The notes under the pieces are model-generated. The model was not told where the DNA came from. It made no database searches and was given only the letters and a program-made list of their open reading frames with translations. A DNA stretch of 64,000 nt from an uncultured Thermoplasmata archaeon. GTDB taxonomy: Archaea; Thermoplasmatota; Thermoplasmata; UBA10834. The DNA is taken from contig CAVRDX010000001.1 of the NCBI GenBank assembly GCA_963719945.1, positions 640,001-704,000 of the forward strand. The letters are read 5' to 3'. The position numbers and the translations under genes are program-made. Below, one piece after another: positions 30,261-40,790 of this stretch (the first letter of the stretch is position 1; every line of letters starts with the position of its first letter).

Positions 30261-33200
30261 TTGGCAGGTAACTATCTTAAGAGTCTCCAGCTAGCAAAGC
30301 AACTGGAGGAACGAGCAAAGGAGGCGACCCGAAATCGTGAGCGGGCGGAAAAGGATTTCGAGAAGCTTCAATCATTCTTAGAACTCTGTCAGGAGAACGA
30401 CGCGGACCTAACAGAGGCCAAGAAGATATTGGCCGAGTACAATGCTGCAATGGGCTCCAAGGACTACGAATCAGCACTCGGATACATACAGAAGGCGACC
30501 GAGGAGACCAAAACGGCTTTTGTCAGACGGATAGGTGAAGTTGCTGATTCAGCGGAATCGCTTGTCACCGTTGGCCAGATACCGGTTTCCGAAGCAAAAG
30601 GCGCTCTGGAGATGCTCGAGGAGAGCAAGAAGTTCGTGATGAAGGACGACCTTGAAAACGCCATGAAGAACGCAAAGAGCGCATATGATGCAGCTGAACG
30701 GTCCCTACATGAGCATTTCTCAGGATTACTATCACAAGCACAGGAGATCATAATCCAATCCAAAGAGATGGGCGACGATGTCAGCCTGTTCGAAGACCTT
30801 CTCGCCCGGGCGAAGAACGCTCTCGAGAAACAGGATTACGAACAGGGATTGACGAACGTCCGCGAAGCGCTTGAAGGAGCTGGAGACAGCATCAAAGCAC
30901 AGATCAACGCGACGATATCGAGGGCAGAGGAGCTGGTGACTGCTGGAGAGGAACTGAAGGCGGACATGTCCAGAGTCACCAACCACATAGAGAAGTCTAA
31001 AACCACCCTGGAATCGTTGCGATTCAAAGATTCACTATCATACGCCAAGAGGGCAGAGTCCGAGGGCGAGAACGCGATCAGCGCCAAGTTCCAGGATATC
31101 ATCAAAGAAGTCAGGGAAGGCATCAAGACGCTCAAAAGTGCAGACGAGGACGTCGATGTCCCTCAGGACCTCCTCGACCAGGCTCATATTGCGATGAAGG
31201 ACAAGAAGTACATCGAGGCACTGAATGCCTTGAACTCGGCCAACGAAAAGGTCAGGGAGATGCAGTTCAAGTCAGTCCTCGATGTCATTGCCAAGGCCAA
31301 GGACCGATTCGTGCTCGCAAAGAAGATCGGCGTGGACATGAGCAAACCGTTCACGCTCCTCAATGAAGCCAGGGACAATCTTAGGCGGGGCAAATTCGAG
31401 GATGCCATAAAATACGCGGAGCAGAGCCAGCATGAGATCGACACCGCCCTCAAGGTATTCACCAGCGCGAGAGACGAATTGGTCGAGCTCGCCAAGGAGA
31501 TCAAATTCGCAGACGATATCGGTTCGGAAGTCCTGTCAGTCAAGGAGATCCTCGCCGAGACCAAGAAATCATTCGAATCAAGAGACTTTGACAAGACACT
31601 GGAACTCGCCAAACAAGGCTTGACCGAAGCCAGGAAGGCAGCTTACGATAGGACTCTGGACACGATCGATAAGACGGACAAGACAGTCAAGCTGGGAAAG
31701 CAGATAGGTGCAGATATCACGGAAGCCGAGGGGTTGCTCCAGAGAGCATTGTCATCCATGGCCAATGAGGAAATTCCAGAGAGCGTTAGGCTCTCCAACT
31801 TGAGCATAGAAGCGGCGAACGCTGCAATCACAAGGGTGTTGAGTGACAGGTTGCACAACATCGATGAATTTGTCAAGAGCTTCTCTAACGGTGAAGCGGT
31901 TGCGGAAGTCGCCGAATCGATTTCCAATGCACGCCTGAGGCTCTCGGAACAGTCATTCGAAAAATCATACGAGTTCCTCAAAGATGCCCAGCAGAAGATA
32001 GAAACCGCAGGGAAGGAGGAATGCGACAGGCTGCTCGTGACCGCGGAAGAGAAGATGGACAAGGTCAGACAGTTCGGAGGAGACCCTTCGGACCTGGAGA
32101 TCCTCATCACGAGGTCGAAGGAGTCCATCGAGAAGAAAGTATACGAGGATGCTTCTGCGACCGCTAGGGGAGTCATCACGAACGCGGATGACATGATCAC
32201 CAGGCTACTGCAGGCAAAATTCTCCGGCATCAAAGACTTCCTCGAAGAAGCGAAGTCCATTGGAATAAGCGTGAACGAATCGAAGACAGCAATAAAGGAT
32301 GCTCGTGCCAAGTTCGAACAGAAGGATTATGACGGAGCCAATTCCCTGATTTCAGAAACTCGGTCTTCCCTAGAGGACAAGATCAGGAGATACGACGGAA
32401 TAAAGGAGAAGATACGAAGAGCTGAGGACCTCGTAGAGGAGGCACAGAAGAGCAAAGCCGATGTCACAGATCAGGCCAAGGACCTTGGGCTCGCGAAGAG
32501 ATACTTCCAGGACAGCGATTTCGACGCATCTGAGAAATTGCTGGATTCGCTCACAGAGGAGGCCGAGAAGAAGCTAGCCATGTACCTGGCCGCCAAGTTC
32601 ATCCTCACCTCCAAGGAGAGCATCGAACTCGCCCAGTCATATGAGATCGACATGTCCGAGGGCAAGGAGATGCTGGGAGAGGCCAAGGATCTGATGAAGA
32701 AGAAAGAATATGACCAGGCACTCGCCGTCGCGAAACGGTGTGAAGACATCGTCCGCCAGAAGACGGCAAATGGCGTATCAGAGATGATCAAGGAACTCCA
32801 GAGACTGCTTACTGATGCCAAGAACTGTCGGTGTGGACACCAAGGGTCCAGAGACGCTCGCAGAGAAGGCAGTCATCCTGTGGAAGACTGGAGATTATGT
32901 CGAGGCGCTCAGATGCATCGACTCGGCCAGGAACGACATAGACCAGATAAAGAACCTCAGTTCCCAGGCAGCGATCGAGATAAAGGTCGCAAGAGGCAAC
33001 CTCAAGAACGCCGAGACACTCGACATGGATGTAGGCCAGGCAAGGGAACTCCTGGAGCAGGCAGTCGAGGCATTGACCCGTCATCAATATGCTATCGCTC
33101 TTGAGCTCGCAAAGAAGTCATCGGAATCATCTTCAGAAGTCACCAGGAATACGATCTGGAACACCCTCGAAAGGTTCAAGGACCGCGTGGAGAAGGCTGC

Positions 33201-34773
33201 AAACGAGGGCGTCTCTGTCGGAATGGCAGAGAGATTAGTCGCCGAGGGAATCCAGGCATTCAACGAGGAGCGTTTCCAGGATGCACTGAAGCTTGCCATG
33301 AACTGCGAGGCCGAGATGGAGAAGGCTGAGCTGCAGAAGGAGATCAGCACCAGGGCAGTCGAAATGGCACGCATGAAGCTTATTGAAGCCGCCGAAGACG
33401 GAATAAGCGCGCCTGAGATCGAGCAACTTGTGAAGGAGGCGGAGGCGTTGCTCTCCGAAGGCAGGTATGTCGACGCTCTCGGGAAGTCGATCGAGAGCGG
33501 CGACGAGATCCACCTGATCAGGGAGAACATGGACAGCTCGAGGATCGAACTGAGTTCGGTCAGAGAGCAGGTCGATCGACTGAAAAAGGTCGGCATCGAC
33601 ACAACTGAGTGCGAAGAGATTCTCACCGAGGCGCAGAGATACCTCACAGCTCATGAGTTCAGGAAATGCACGGAATCTTTGACGAAATGCTCAGAAAGGA
33701 CCATGGAATTGTTCGAAGGATCTATTGATAAGATAATGGATGAGAACAACGACTTGATATCCAAAGCGAAGTCGATGGGCCTCAGCGTCAAGTCTTGCGA
33801 GGATCTGATGGAAGTCGCCAAGACCTCGTTCTCGGAGAAACTGTGGGACTTCGCGTATCAGCAGGCGGTCTCCTGCAGGACCATTTCCAAGGAACTCATC
33901 GAGAAGAAGCTCGCGAACCTTGTATCAGATGTCCGCGAGAGGCTACAGCCGTTGAGAGATTCAGGAGCTTCCGTTCGTTCCATAGAGGAACTCCTGGACC
34001 AGGCACATCAGGCTTCGGACGAGAACAATACGTCGGAAGCATTCCAGCTCCTCATGGAGGCCGACCAGAGGATTCTCGGAGTTGAGGACTCGCACAAGAA
34101 ATTCATAGACATCTCGATAGCTGCAGAAAGCGCTATAGAGATACTGAAGAGAATCGGAGTTCCGACGGGCGAATCGGAGAAATTGCTCGCACTCGCGGAT
34201 CTGGAGAGGGACAAGGATTACGATTCTGCCATCGAGTTCGTCGCAGAAGCCCTGGATTCGGCAAAGAGCACAATAGAATCACATTCCCCAGACATCACCG
34301 GGACGATAGAATCGTCCGGACTTCAGGAGAATGCTGAAGGTGAAGTCGACATCACACTCAAGAACACCGGCAATGTCCTTGCCAAGGAGGTCACGATGCA
34401 GCTTTCTGGGCAGTTCGAAGCTGTGGACACACCCAGGATCGGAAGCCTGAAACCCGGTACAGACATACTTGTCCGGGCCAGGATAGTCCCACATGCGTCA
34501 GGAGATATACCGATAAGGGTGAACATCACCTGCAAGCGGCACTTCGACGGCAGCCTCCTCAACTTCGAGTTAGAAGGCAAGGTGAGCGTCTTCTCCGCCG
34601 GTCCCCCATACACGGTCGGCCGCGCAGCCGAAGCGACCAAGTGCGCTCATTGTCAAGGCAAGATCAAGTCAGGATTCGATATCGTCACATGCAGATGCGG
34701 GAGCAAACTGCATCTCACCTGCGGCAAGAGAACAGCACAATGCCCGGTCTGCTCACAGAAGTTCTCCTTCTAG
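30261..34773 (+). CDS. Giant helical-repeat protein (~1503 aa if joined) with C-terminal Ig-like domain and C4HC3 zinc finger; split by a +1 frameshift near 32826
   Basis: ORFs 30261-33104 and 32815-34773 carry the same ~62-64 aa repeat. Removing one base at ~32826 gives DAK(N/T)VGVDT, matching the repeat consensus (AKKIGVDMS, GKQIGADIT). Confidence 0.8.
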
Positions 34774-36119
34774 GCCGATCCTGCAACTCTGGCATTGGAT
34801 ATTCTGAACGCCGGTGTCCTTACCCCGAAGTAGTCCTTAGTCTCCTTTCCGATCATGTCTATCCGCGAGAGCAGGTCGATCAGGCTTATCCCCACGGTTG
34901 ATTGGCGAATCGATGGTCCCAGGGCGCCATCCGCTATGACATAGCTCTCCATCATCAAACCAGAGAACTCGCCTGTGGCAAGGTTCGGGTGGTCGAAAGT
35001 GACCCTCAGATAGACGCCGCGGTCGCTCTCCTTGATCATCTCGTCCAGGCTCGAGTCACCACTCTTTACGACCAGGTTGGATGTGGATATCGATGGTGGA
35101 TGCCTATAACTCCATACCGCACCGCCTCTGGATGAATTGGCTGTGCTCTCGACTGAGTCTTTTCCAGCAGTATACGAATCATGAAGGTACGAGGATAGGC
35201 GGCCAGAGTCCACCAGAGTGGTCGGCCTCGCGACTGTACCCTCTCCATCGAACGAGGTGCTCCCAACTGCCCATTTGAGCAGGGGATCATCCACTATCGT
35301 GATTGATTCAGCTCCGATCCTCTGACCCATCTTTCCAGTGAGATAGCTCCGTCCACGCTGAACCGCTTCTGCGTTCGCTCCTCCGCCGATTGCGTCCGCC
35401 AGTATGATCCCAGCAGCGAGCGGATCCACCACGATTGCATAATCACCCGTCTCGACCTTGGTCTGACTGAGGCCGTTTATCGCATGCTCCCTGGCGCTAA
35501 TACCGGCACTGTCCAACTGGCTGAGGTCCAATCGACGCGAAGAAGAACCATCGAATCCAGAGAACATGGTCGAGTCCGAGCGAGCGACTGCCTCAGCGAA
35601 TACATCGAACGAAGACATCTCCTGTTCGGCTACCAGACCGTGGCTGTTCGCCATGGAGACCTGACAAACGGCCATTCCCAGACCAGCCATCACGGATGTT
35701 ATCCTCTTGTCGTCGCCAGCCACATCCGCGACTCGCGAGACCATCTCCACACCCGCATCGGGCGTTATATCCGAGACCTTGGGGTCGAACAGCCCGGGTA
35801 GGAGCCTGGGTTTGGATTGGCGGGGCAGACCTCTGAAGTCAGGGTCGGCAGTGCCAGACTTTGCCAGGGAGACTGCCAATTCGGCGGTCTTCTTGATGGA
35901 AGCAGGTTCATGGTCGGTGCAGAAGGCGAATCCAGAGGAGCCACCGCTGAACGCGCGGATGCCGACACCAGGGTCGATGGACGAACTGGCCTGCTTCACG
36001 GAACCCCTTTCGATCTCGACTGATATGGAATTGGTCTGAGCGACAATGACATCGCATTCGTCCGCGCCCAGTTTCATGACCGCCTTGACAGTCTCCTCTG
36101 ATAGGTACGCCAAAGTCAT
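34770..36119 (-). CDS. pmbA: TldE/PmbA family protein
   Basis: GVGIRAF-GG--GFAF, IVDDP, SFDGEG, YLHDSYTA, TGEFS; no HExxxH. Confidence 0.9.
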   Translation of the reverse strand: MTLAYLSEETVKAVMKLGADECDVIVAQTNSISVEIERGSVKQASSSIDPGVGIRAFSGGSSGFAFCTDHEPASIKKTAELAVSLAKSGTADPDFRGLPRQSKPRLLPGLFDPKVSDITPDAGVEMVSRVADVAGDDKRITSVMAGLGMAVCQVSMANSHGLVAEQEMSSFDVFAEAVARSDSTMFSGFDGSSSRRLDLSQLDSAGISAREHAINGLSQTKVETGDYAIVVDPLAAGIILADAIGGGANAEAVQRGRSYLTGKMGQRIGAESITIVDDPLLKWAVGSTSFDGEGTVARPTTLVDSGRLSSYLHDSYTAGKDSVESTANSSRGGAVWSYRHPPSISTSNLVVKSGDSSLDEMIKESDRGVYLRVTFDHPNLATGEFSGLMMESYVIADGALGPSIRQSTVGISLIDLLSRIDMIGKETKDYFGVRTPAFRISNARVAGSA

Positions 36120-36130
36120 ATCATAGCCTC

Positions 36131-37525
36131 CTACGTAAGTCCTCCGACAACAATCTCGTCTATCCTCATATGCGGTCCACCATCGGTAGTCCTCGCAGAT
36201 TGACCATTCTTCCCGCAATATCCAGGATCGGTTATCTTGAAATCGTCAGCCAGGCCAGACACATGTCCCAAGACCTCCATGATAACTCCGGAGAGGGATG
36301 CGTCCCTGTATCTCTGGCCCAACTCACCCTTCACGATCTCATACGCCTCGTCACACTTGAACATGAACTGTCCTTTGGATGGCTCGACGTAGCCATATTG
36401 TGCACCCTTGATAAGCAGGCCGTTTGGAGTGTCCCTGACCAATTCCTCCCGGTCCCAATCGCCACCTGCAATGTATGTATTGCTCATCCGAATAATCGGA
36501 GGGCTGCCATAGCTCTCCGACCTGGCCGATCCGTTCGGAGGTATACCCATCCTGCTACTGGTCTCGAGGTTGTGCAGGAATCCTTTCAGTATACCGTTCT
36601 CAATGAGCACATGCTTCGATGATGGCACTCCTTCCCAGTCATACGAGAAATATCCGAACGAGCCCTCGACTGTAGGATCATCTATCAAGGACACCTCATC
36701 ACTCGCGACCTTCTCCCCGATCCGCCCTTCAAGCACGGATGCACCTTGAAGTATGGCATCAGCCTCGCATGCATGACCAAAGGCTTCGTGTGCGAGGAGA
36801 CCAGTCATCACATTATCGAGTATGCAAGTGAATTTGCCAGCTGGTGTCGGCTTAGAGTCCAGAAGACGCAGCGCCTGTTCCGCAGCGGTCCTTCCGATGG
36901 CAGCCGAATCGTCCTTTCGCATCAGTTCATAACCTCCCACCGAACCGACCGAATGATGCCCTCTCTGGATGACTTCGCCATCCTTCGCCCAGGCAGAACA
37001 CGCACCCAGAGTCCAAGTATCTTCCGTCCGAAGAAGGGTTCCGAACGAGTTCGCAACGATGCGAACACCCTCGAAATCATCATATCTGGCATTTGTGCTC
37101 GTTATCTTGGGGCTGAATGATTTCATCGACTTGTCAAGATCCATGACGTATCCTACTTTTTCCTCGACCGAGATCTCACCAGGTCGCTCGTCGCATCGAT
37201 AGACCTCGGTCGCATGTTCGGGTTTACCGGATTCGATCTCGAACTTTATCTTGGCCCTACTTTCGGCGACCTTTGCCATTCGGACTGCCGATTCAGCAGC
37301 CAAGCGCAGAGATTTCAATGAGAGATCGTTGGTGACGGCAAAACCCCATGCTCCACCCACGAATGCACGTATGCCACATCCCTTGGAAAGACGAGCCGTC
37401 ACGGTCTTCGTCTTTCCGTCCATGACAACGATGTTCGTTCCCAGGGAATCCTCCATTCGCAGGTCTGCGAACTGAGCGCCCATGCTAGTGGCATGCTCGA
37501 TTGTTTTCTGTGCGAAATCCTCCAT
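36131..37525 (-). CDS. tldD: TldD metalloprotease
   Basis: G-GIRAFVGGAWGFA, HEAFGHACEAD, YDWEG, RMSNTY, CGKNGQ, GGPH. Confidence 0.93.
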   Translation of the reverse strand: MEDFAQKTIEHATSMGAQFADLRMEDSLGTNIVVMDGKTKTVTARLSKGCGIRAFVGGAWGFAVTNDLSLKSLRLAAESAVRMAKVAESRAKIKFEIESGKPEHATEVYRCDERPGEISVEEKVGYVMDLDKSMKSFSPKITSTNARYDDFEGVRIVANSFGTLLRTEDTWTLGACSAWAKDGEVIQRGHHSVGSVGGYELMRKDDSAAIGRTAAEQALRLLDSKPTPAGKFTCILDNVMTGLLAHEAFGHACEADAILQGASVLEGRIGEKVASDEVSLIDDPTVEGSFGYFSYDWEGVPSSKHVLIENGILKGFLHNLETSSRMGIPPNGSARSESYGSPPIIRMSNTYIAGGDWDREELVRDTPNGLLIKGAQYGYVEPSKGQFMFKCDEAYEIVKGELGQRYRDASLSGVIMEVLGHVSGLADDFKITDPGYCGKNGQSARTTDGGPHMRIDEIVVGGLT

Positions 37526-37583
37526 CTGATACCCCCTTGAGGTGGCGGCGTAATACTTCCTTGGAATTCAACCTATCGCCGCA

Positions 37584-39137
37584 TCATGCCCTCTGAAACC
37601 CACACGTGTGTTCGACCGTATCCACGAACTCACCATCCAATATCATGCGAGCGACGGATTCGATGTCTCCTGACAGTGACCTGTCCTTGTCCAGCCTGGG
37701 CACCCTGGACCTGAGCAAGGACCGTATCTCCTGTATGGGTGCACTGGAAGGTCCGGAGATGAAATCGAGCGCCTGAGCGGCCGCAATCATCTCTATGGCG
37801 ATCACCCTGCTAACGTTCTCCACGATCGTCCTGGCCTTCCATGCGGCGATCGTCCCCATGCTATTGTAGTCCTCCTGGTTCGCACTGGTAGGGATGGAGC
37901 TCGCAGACGCAGGATGTACCAAGACCTTGTTCTCGGATACAATGGACGCAGCGACATACTGCGGCACCATCATGCCTGAGCTGACACCGCCGTGTTTGGT
38001 TAGGAATGGAGGAAGACCGCTCAGCTTGTGATCGACCAGACGGGCCACCCGTCTCTCAGAATAGCTTCCCAGCTCATGCACTGCAAGACCCAGAAAATCC
38101 ATCGCCAAGGCTAATGGTTGTCCGTGGAAGTTGCCACCAGAGATGACAGATCCGTCCTCAGGGAAGAACAGCGGGTTGTCAGTAGCGGAGTTCAGCTCCA
38201 CGCTTATGACATCGTCAGCATACCAGATTGCTTCGAGACTGGCCCCTATCACCTGTGGGATGCATCTGAGCGTGTACGCGTCCTGGACCTTCGAACAATG
38301 CTTATGGGAAAGCATGATCTCGCTTCCCTGGAGCATCGACACCATGTTCCCCGAGACCCGTACCTGGCCTGGATGAGGTCTCACCTTGGACACGCGAGGG
38401 TCGAACGCCATAGATGTGCCCTTGAGAGCCTCGAGGGACATAGCAGCGGCTATTTGTGAATTGTCTACGAGGATGGATGCATCATTCACGGCGAGCGCGC
38501 CGATGCCGCCCATCGCCTGTGTCCCGTTGATTATGGATATCGCTTCTTTAGGCTCGAGAGAGAGAGGCTCCAATCCTCGCCTTCCAAGAGCATCGATTCC
38601 AGGTTCCGGGCCGTTTCCAGCATCAGCCTCACCCTCACCCACCATGACCAGCCCGAGGTGTGCGAGCATCGTGAGATCCCCGCTCGCTCCTACAGAACCC
38701 TGACGCGGTATCAACGGATGGACCTTGGCGTTGAGCATCTTGGACAGCATCTCTGGCAGGTCAGGCCGTACGCCTGAGAATCCTTTGCACAGAGCATTGG
38801 CCCGAAGCAGCATGATCGCGCGGGAGACCTCGGCCGGATATTTCTCACCCACACCGCAAGCATGGCTTCGGAGAAGGTTGAGCTGGAGCGATTTCAGGTC
38901 CTTCTTGGAGATCCTGGCGTTTACCAGGTCTCCGACTCCCGTATTCACGGCATAAATCGTGGCTCCCTTCTCTACGAGTTTCTCGAGCGCCTTCCTGCTG
39001 GAGATCATCCTGTTCCGGGATTCTTCTCCGATCTGAACAGGCGCGAAACCTCTAGCTACCTTCACGACTTTATCGATGGTAAGACTGTTACCGTCGATGA
39101 CTACAGAGCCAGTGCCCTCATCCGCGTTTTTTGCCAT
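37584..39137 (-). CDS. hutH: Histidine ammonia-lyase
   Basis: YAVNTG, LLRSHACG (HAL-type SH), GSVGASGD (MIO), NGTQ, QDAYTLRC-PQV-G, NSATDNP, SGGNFHG, NQED. Confidence 0.95.
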   Translation of the reverse strand: MAKNADEGTGSVVIDGNSLTIDKVVKVARGFAPVQIGEESRNRMISSRKALEKLVEKGATIYAVNTGVGDLVNARISKKDLKSLQLNLLRSHACGVGEKYPAEVSRAIMLLRANALCKGFSGVRPDLPEMLSKMLNAKVHPLIPRQGSVGASGDLTMLAHLGLVMVGEGEADAGNGPEPGIDALGRRGLEPLSLEPKEAISIINGTQAMGGIGALAVNDASILVDNSQIAAAMSLEALKGTSMAFDPRVSKVRPHPGQVRVSGNMVSMLQGSEIMLSHKHCSKVQDAYTLRCIPQVIGASLEAIWYADDVISVELNSATDNPLFFPEDGSVISGGNFHGQPLALAMDFLGLAVHELGSYSERRVARLVDHKLSGLPPFLTKHGGVSSGMMVPQYVAASIVSENKVLVHPASASSIPTSANQEDYNSMGTIAAWKARTIVENVSRVIAIEMIAAAQALDFISGPSSAPIQEIRSLLRSRVPRLDKDRSLSGDIESVARMILDGEFVDTVEHTCGFQRA

Positions 39138-39198
39138 CTCAAGACCGCCGAGTGATGTGCTGCAGTGATGAGTATTTGCGTACCTTAAACTAACGGCT

Positions 39199-39615
39199 CT
39201 ATTCCTTCTTCTCCAGTACGGGCACGAACTTGTACCCGTAATGGATAACGCCCGCGGACCCTTCCTCACTGAGCTTTCTGAGCACTGTGCGTACCCTGGT
39301 CCCAATCTTGAGGTCGCAGGCGTCACAGTCGATCACCTGACCGGTGATCTTCGGGCCCTCGTCGAGTTCCACCATTGCCACAAGGTACGGCTTCAGCGTG
39401 GCCCTCTCATCGACCCCTTCGTGCACCTCGGAGAATGAGAATATGACACCTTCGCCTTTGAACTTCAACGGTTCGATCTTGCCCACGCTCTTCCTGTGGC
39501 AGATCGGACAGATAGCCCTGGGCGGGAAGTAGTTCTTGCCGCAGCTGTTGCACTTTATCCCAACAAGATTGTACCTGCTGGGATTCTGTCTCCAGAATCT
39601 AGGTGCTGTTGCCAT
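39199..39615 (-). CDS. DUF35 Zn-ribbon/OB-fold protein (thiolase/HMG-CoA synthase scaffold)
   Basis: PRFWR, C--CG--YFPPR-ICP-C, G-I-YGYKF; last gene of the HMGS-thiolase operon. Confidence 0.92.
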   Translation of the reverse strand: MATAPRFWRQNPSRYNLVGIKCNSCGKNYFPPRAICPICHRKSVGKIEPLKFKGEGVIFSFSEVHEGVDERATLKPYLVAMVELDEGPKITGQVIDCDACDLKIGTRVRTVLRKLSEEGSAGVIHYGYKFVPVLEKKE

Positions 39616-39617
39616 TC

Positions 39618-40790
39618 TCAAGACCTCCTGAATATGTGTACGATGACTGTCGCGCCAGTCCCTCCGACGTTATGAGTCAGACCGACCGACGCATCCTTGA
39701 CCTGTCGTTTCCCAGCTACGCCTCTAAGCTGGGTCACTACCTCGACGGCCTGCGCAAGACCCGTTGCGCCAATCGGATCGCCCCTGGCCTTCAAACCTCC
39801 CGAGGTGTTGATCGCGATCTCTCCGTCGAGTGCGGTCCTACCATCCTCGGTCGCCTTTCCACCCTCACCCTTCTTGAAGAATCCGAGATCCTCTATCGCG
39901 AGTATCTCGCTTATCGTGAAGTTGTCATGGACCTCTGCCACGTGGACATCCTTCTGCTCAAGGCCGGCTCTCTTGAACGCCTTCTTCGCGGCTATCCTTG
40001 TGGCATCCATGGTGAGTATGTCGCGCCTGTGATGGAGTGCCAGAGTGTCACTCGCCTGCCCGGAACCTATGATCTCGACGGGGGTCTCCACATATTTCTT
40101 CGCATCGTCCAACGGACATAGCACGACCGCTGCTGCGCCATCTGAGCTGGGTGAGCAGTCGAATACGCGCAACGGGTCCGCTACGAGCGGAGAATTGAGG
40201 ACGACATCCCTGTTGATCTCCTTCTGGAACTGCGCTTTCGGATTCAGCGAGCCGTTCTTGTGGTTCTTCACCGCGACATCCGCGAGCTGCTCCCTGGTCG
40301 TTCCGTACTCGTGCATGTGCCTTCTCGCTATCAGGGCGTGAAGGCTCGAGAAAGTGGCACCCAACTCCGTCTCCCATTCTTGGTCCGATGCTGAGGATTG
40401 GATCATCGAGGACGCGATGTCGCTGACATCCATCATCTTCTCGGCACCACCGACTACGACTATATCATGAAGGCCAGACGCGACCGCCATGAAGCCTTGT
40501 CTGAGGGCGAGCCCACCGGATGCTCCAGCAGCCTCCACCCTGGTTGCAGGGATATGGTCCCTTGCCAGACCCGCATAGTCTGCGATCAACGCGCCTATAT
40601 GCTCCTGCTCGATGAATCTGCCAGCAGACATGTTTCCGACGAACACCGCATCTATCATCTCCGCGGATATCTTCGCATCCTCGACTGCGGCCAGACCGGC
40701 ACGTATACCTATATCCCTAAAGGAAGCGTCCCACAGTTCTCCGAACTTCGTGTCCCCTACACCGATGACTGCGACCCGTCTCATGTTCAT
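39618..40790 (-). CDS. Archaeal (SCP2-type) thiolase-fold protein with substituted catalytic motifs
   Basis: [21 protein letters not shown] (expected ACAS), DCSP-SDGAAA, EVHDNF (expected HDCF), [13 protein letters not shown] (expected GHP), HNVGG. Confidence 0.9.
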   Translation of the reverse strand: MNMRRVAVIGVGDTKFGELWDASFRDIGIRAGLAAVEDAKISAEMIDAVFVGNMSAGRFIEQEHIGALIADYAGLARDHIPATRVEAAGASGGLALRQGFMAVASGLHDIVVVGGAEKMMDVSDIASSMIQSSASDQEWETELGATFSSLHALIARRHMHEYGTTREQLADVAVKNHKNGSLNPKAQFQKEINRDVVLNSPLVADPLRVFDCSPSSDGAAAVVLCPLDDAKKYVETPVEIIGSGQASDTLALHHRRDILTMDATRIAAKKAFKRAGLEQKDVHVAEVHDNFTISEILAIEDLGFFKKGEGGKATEDGRTALDGEIAINTSGGLKARGDPIGATGLAQAVEVVTQLRGVAGKRQVKDASVGLTHNVGGTGATVIVHIFRRS

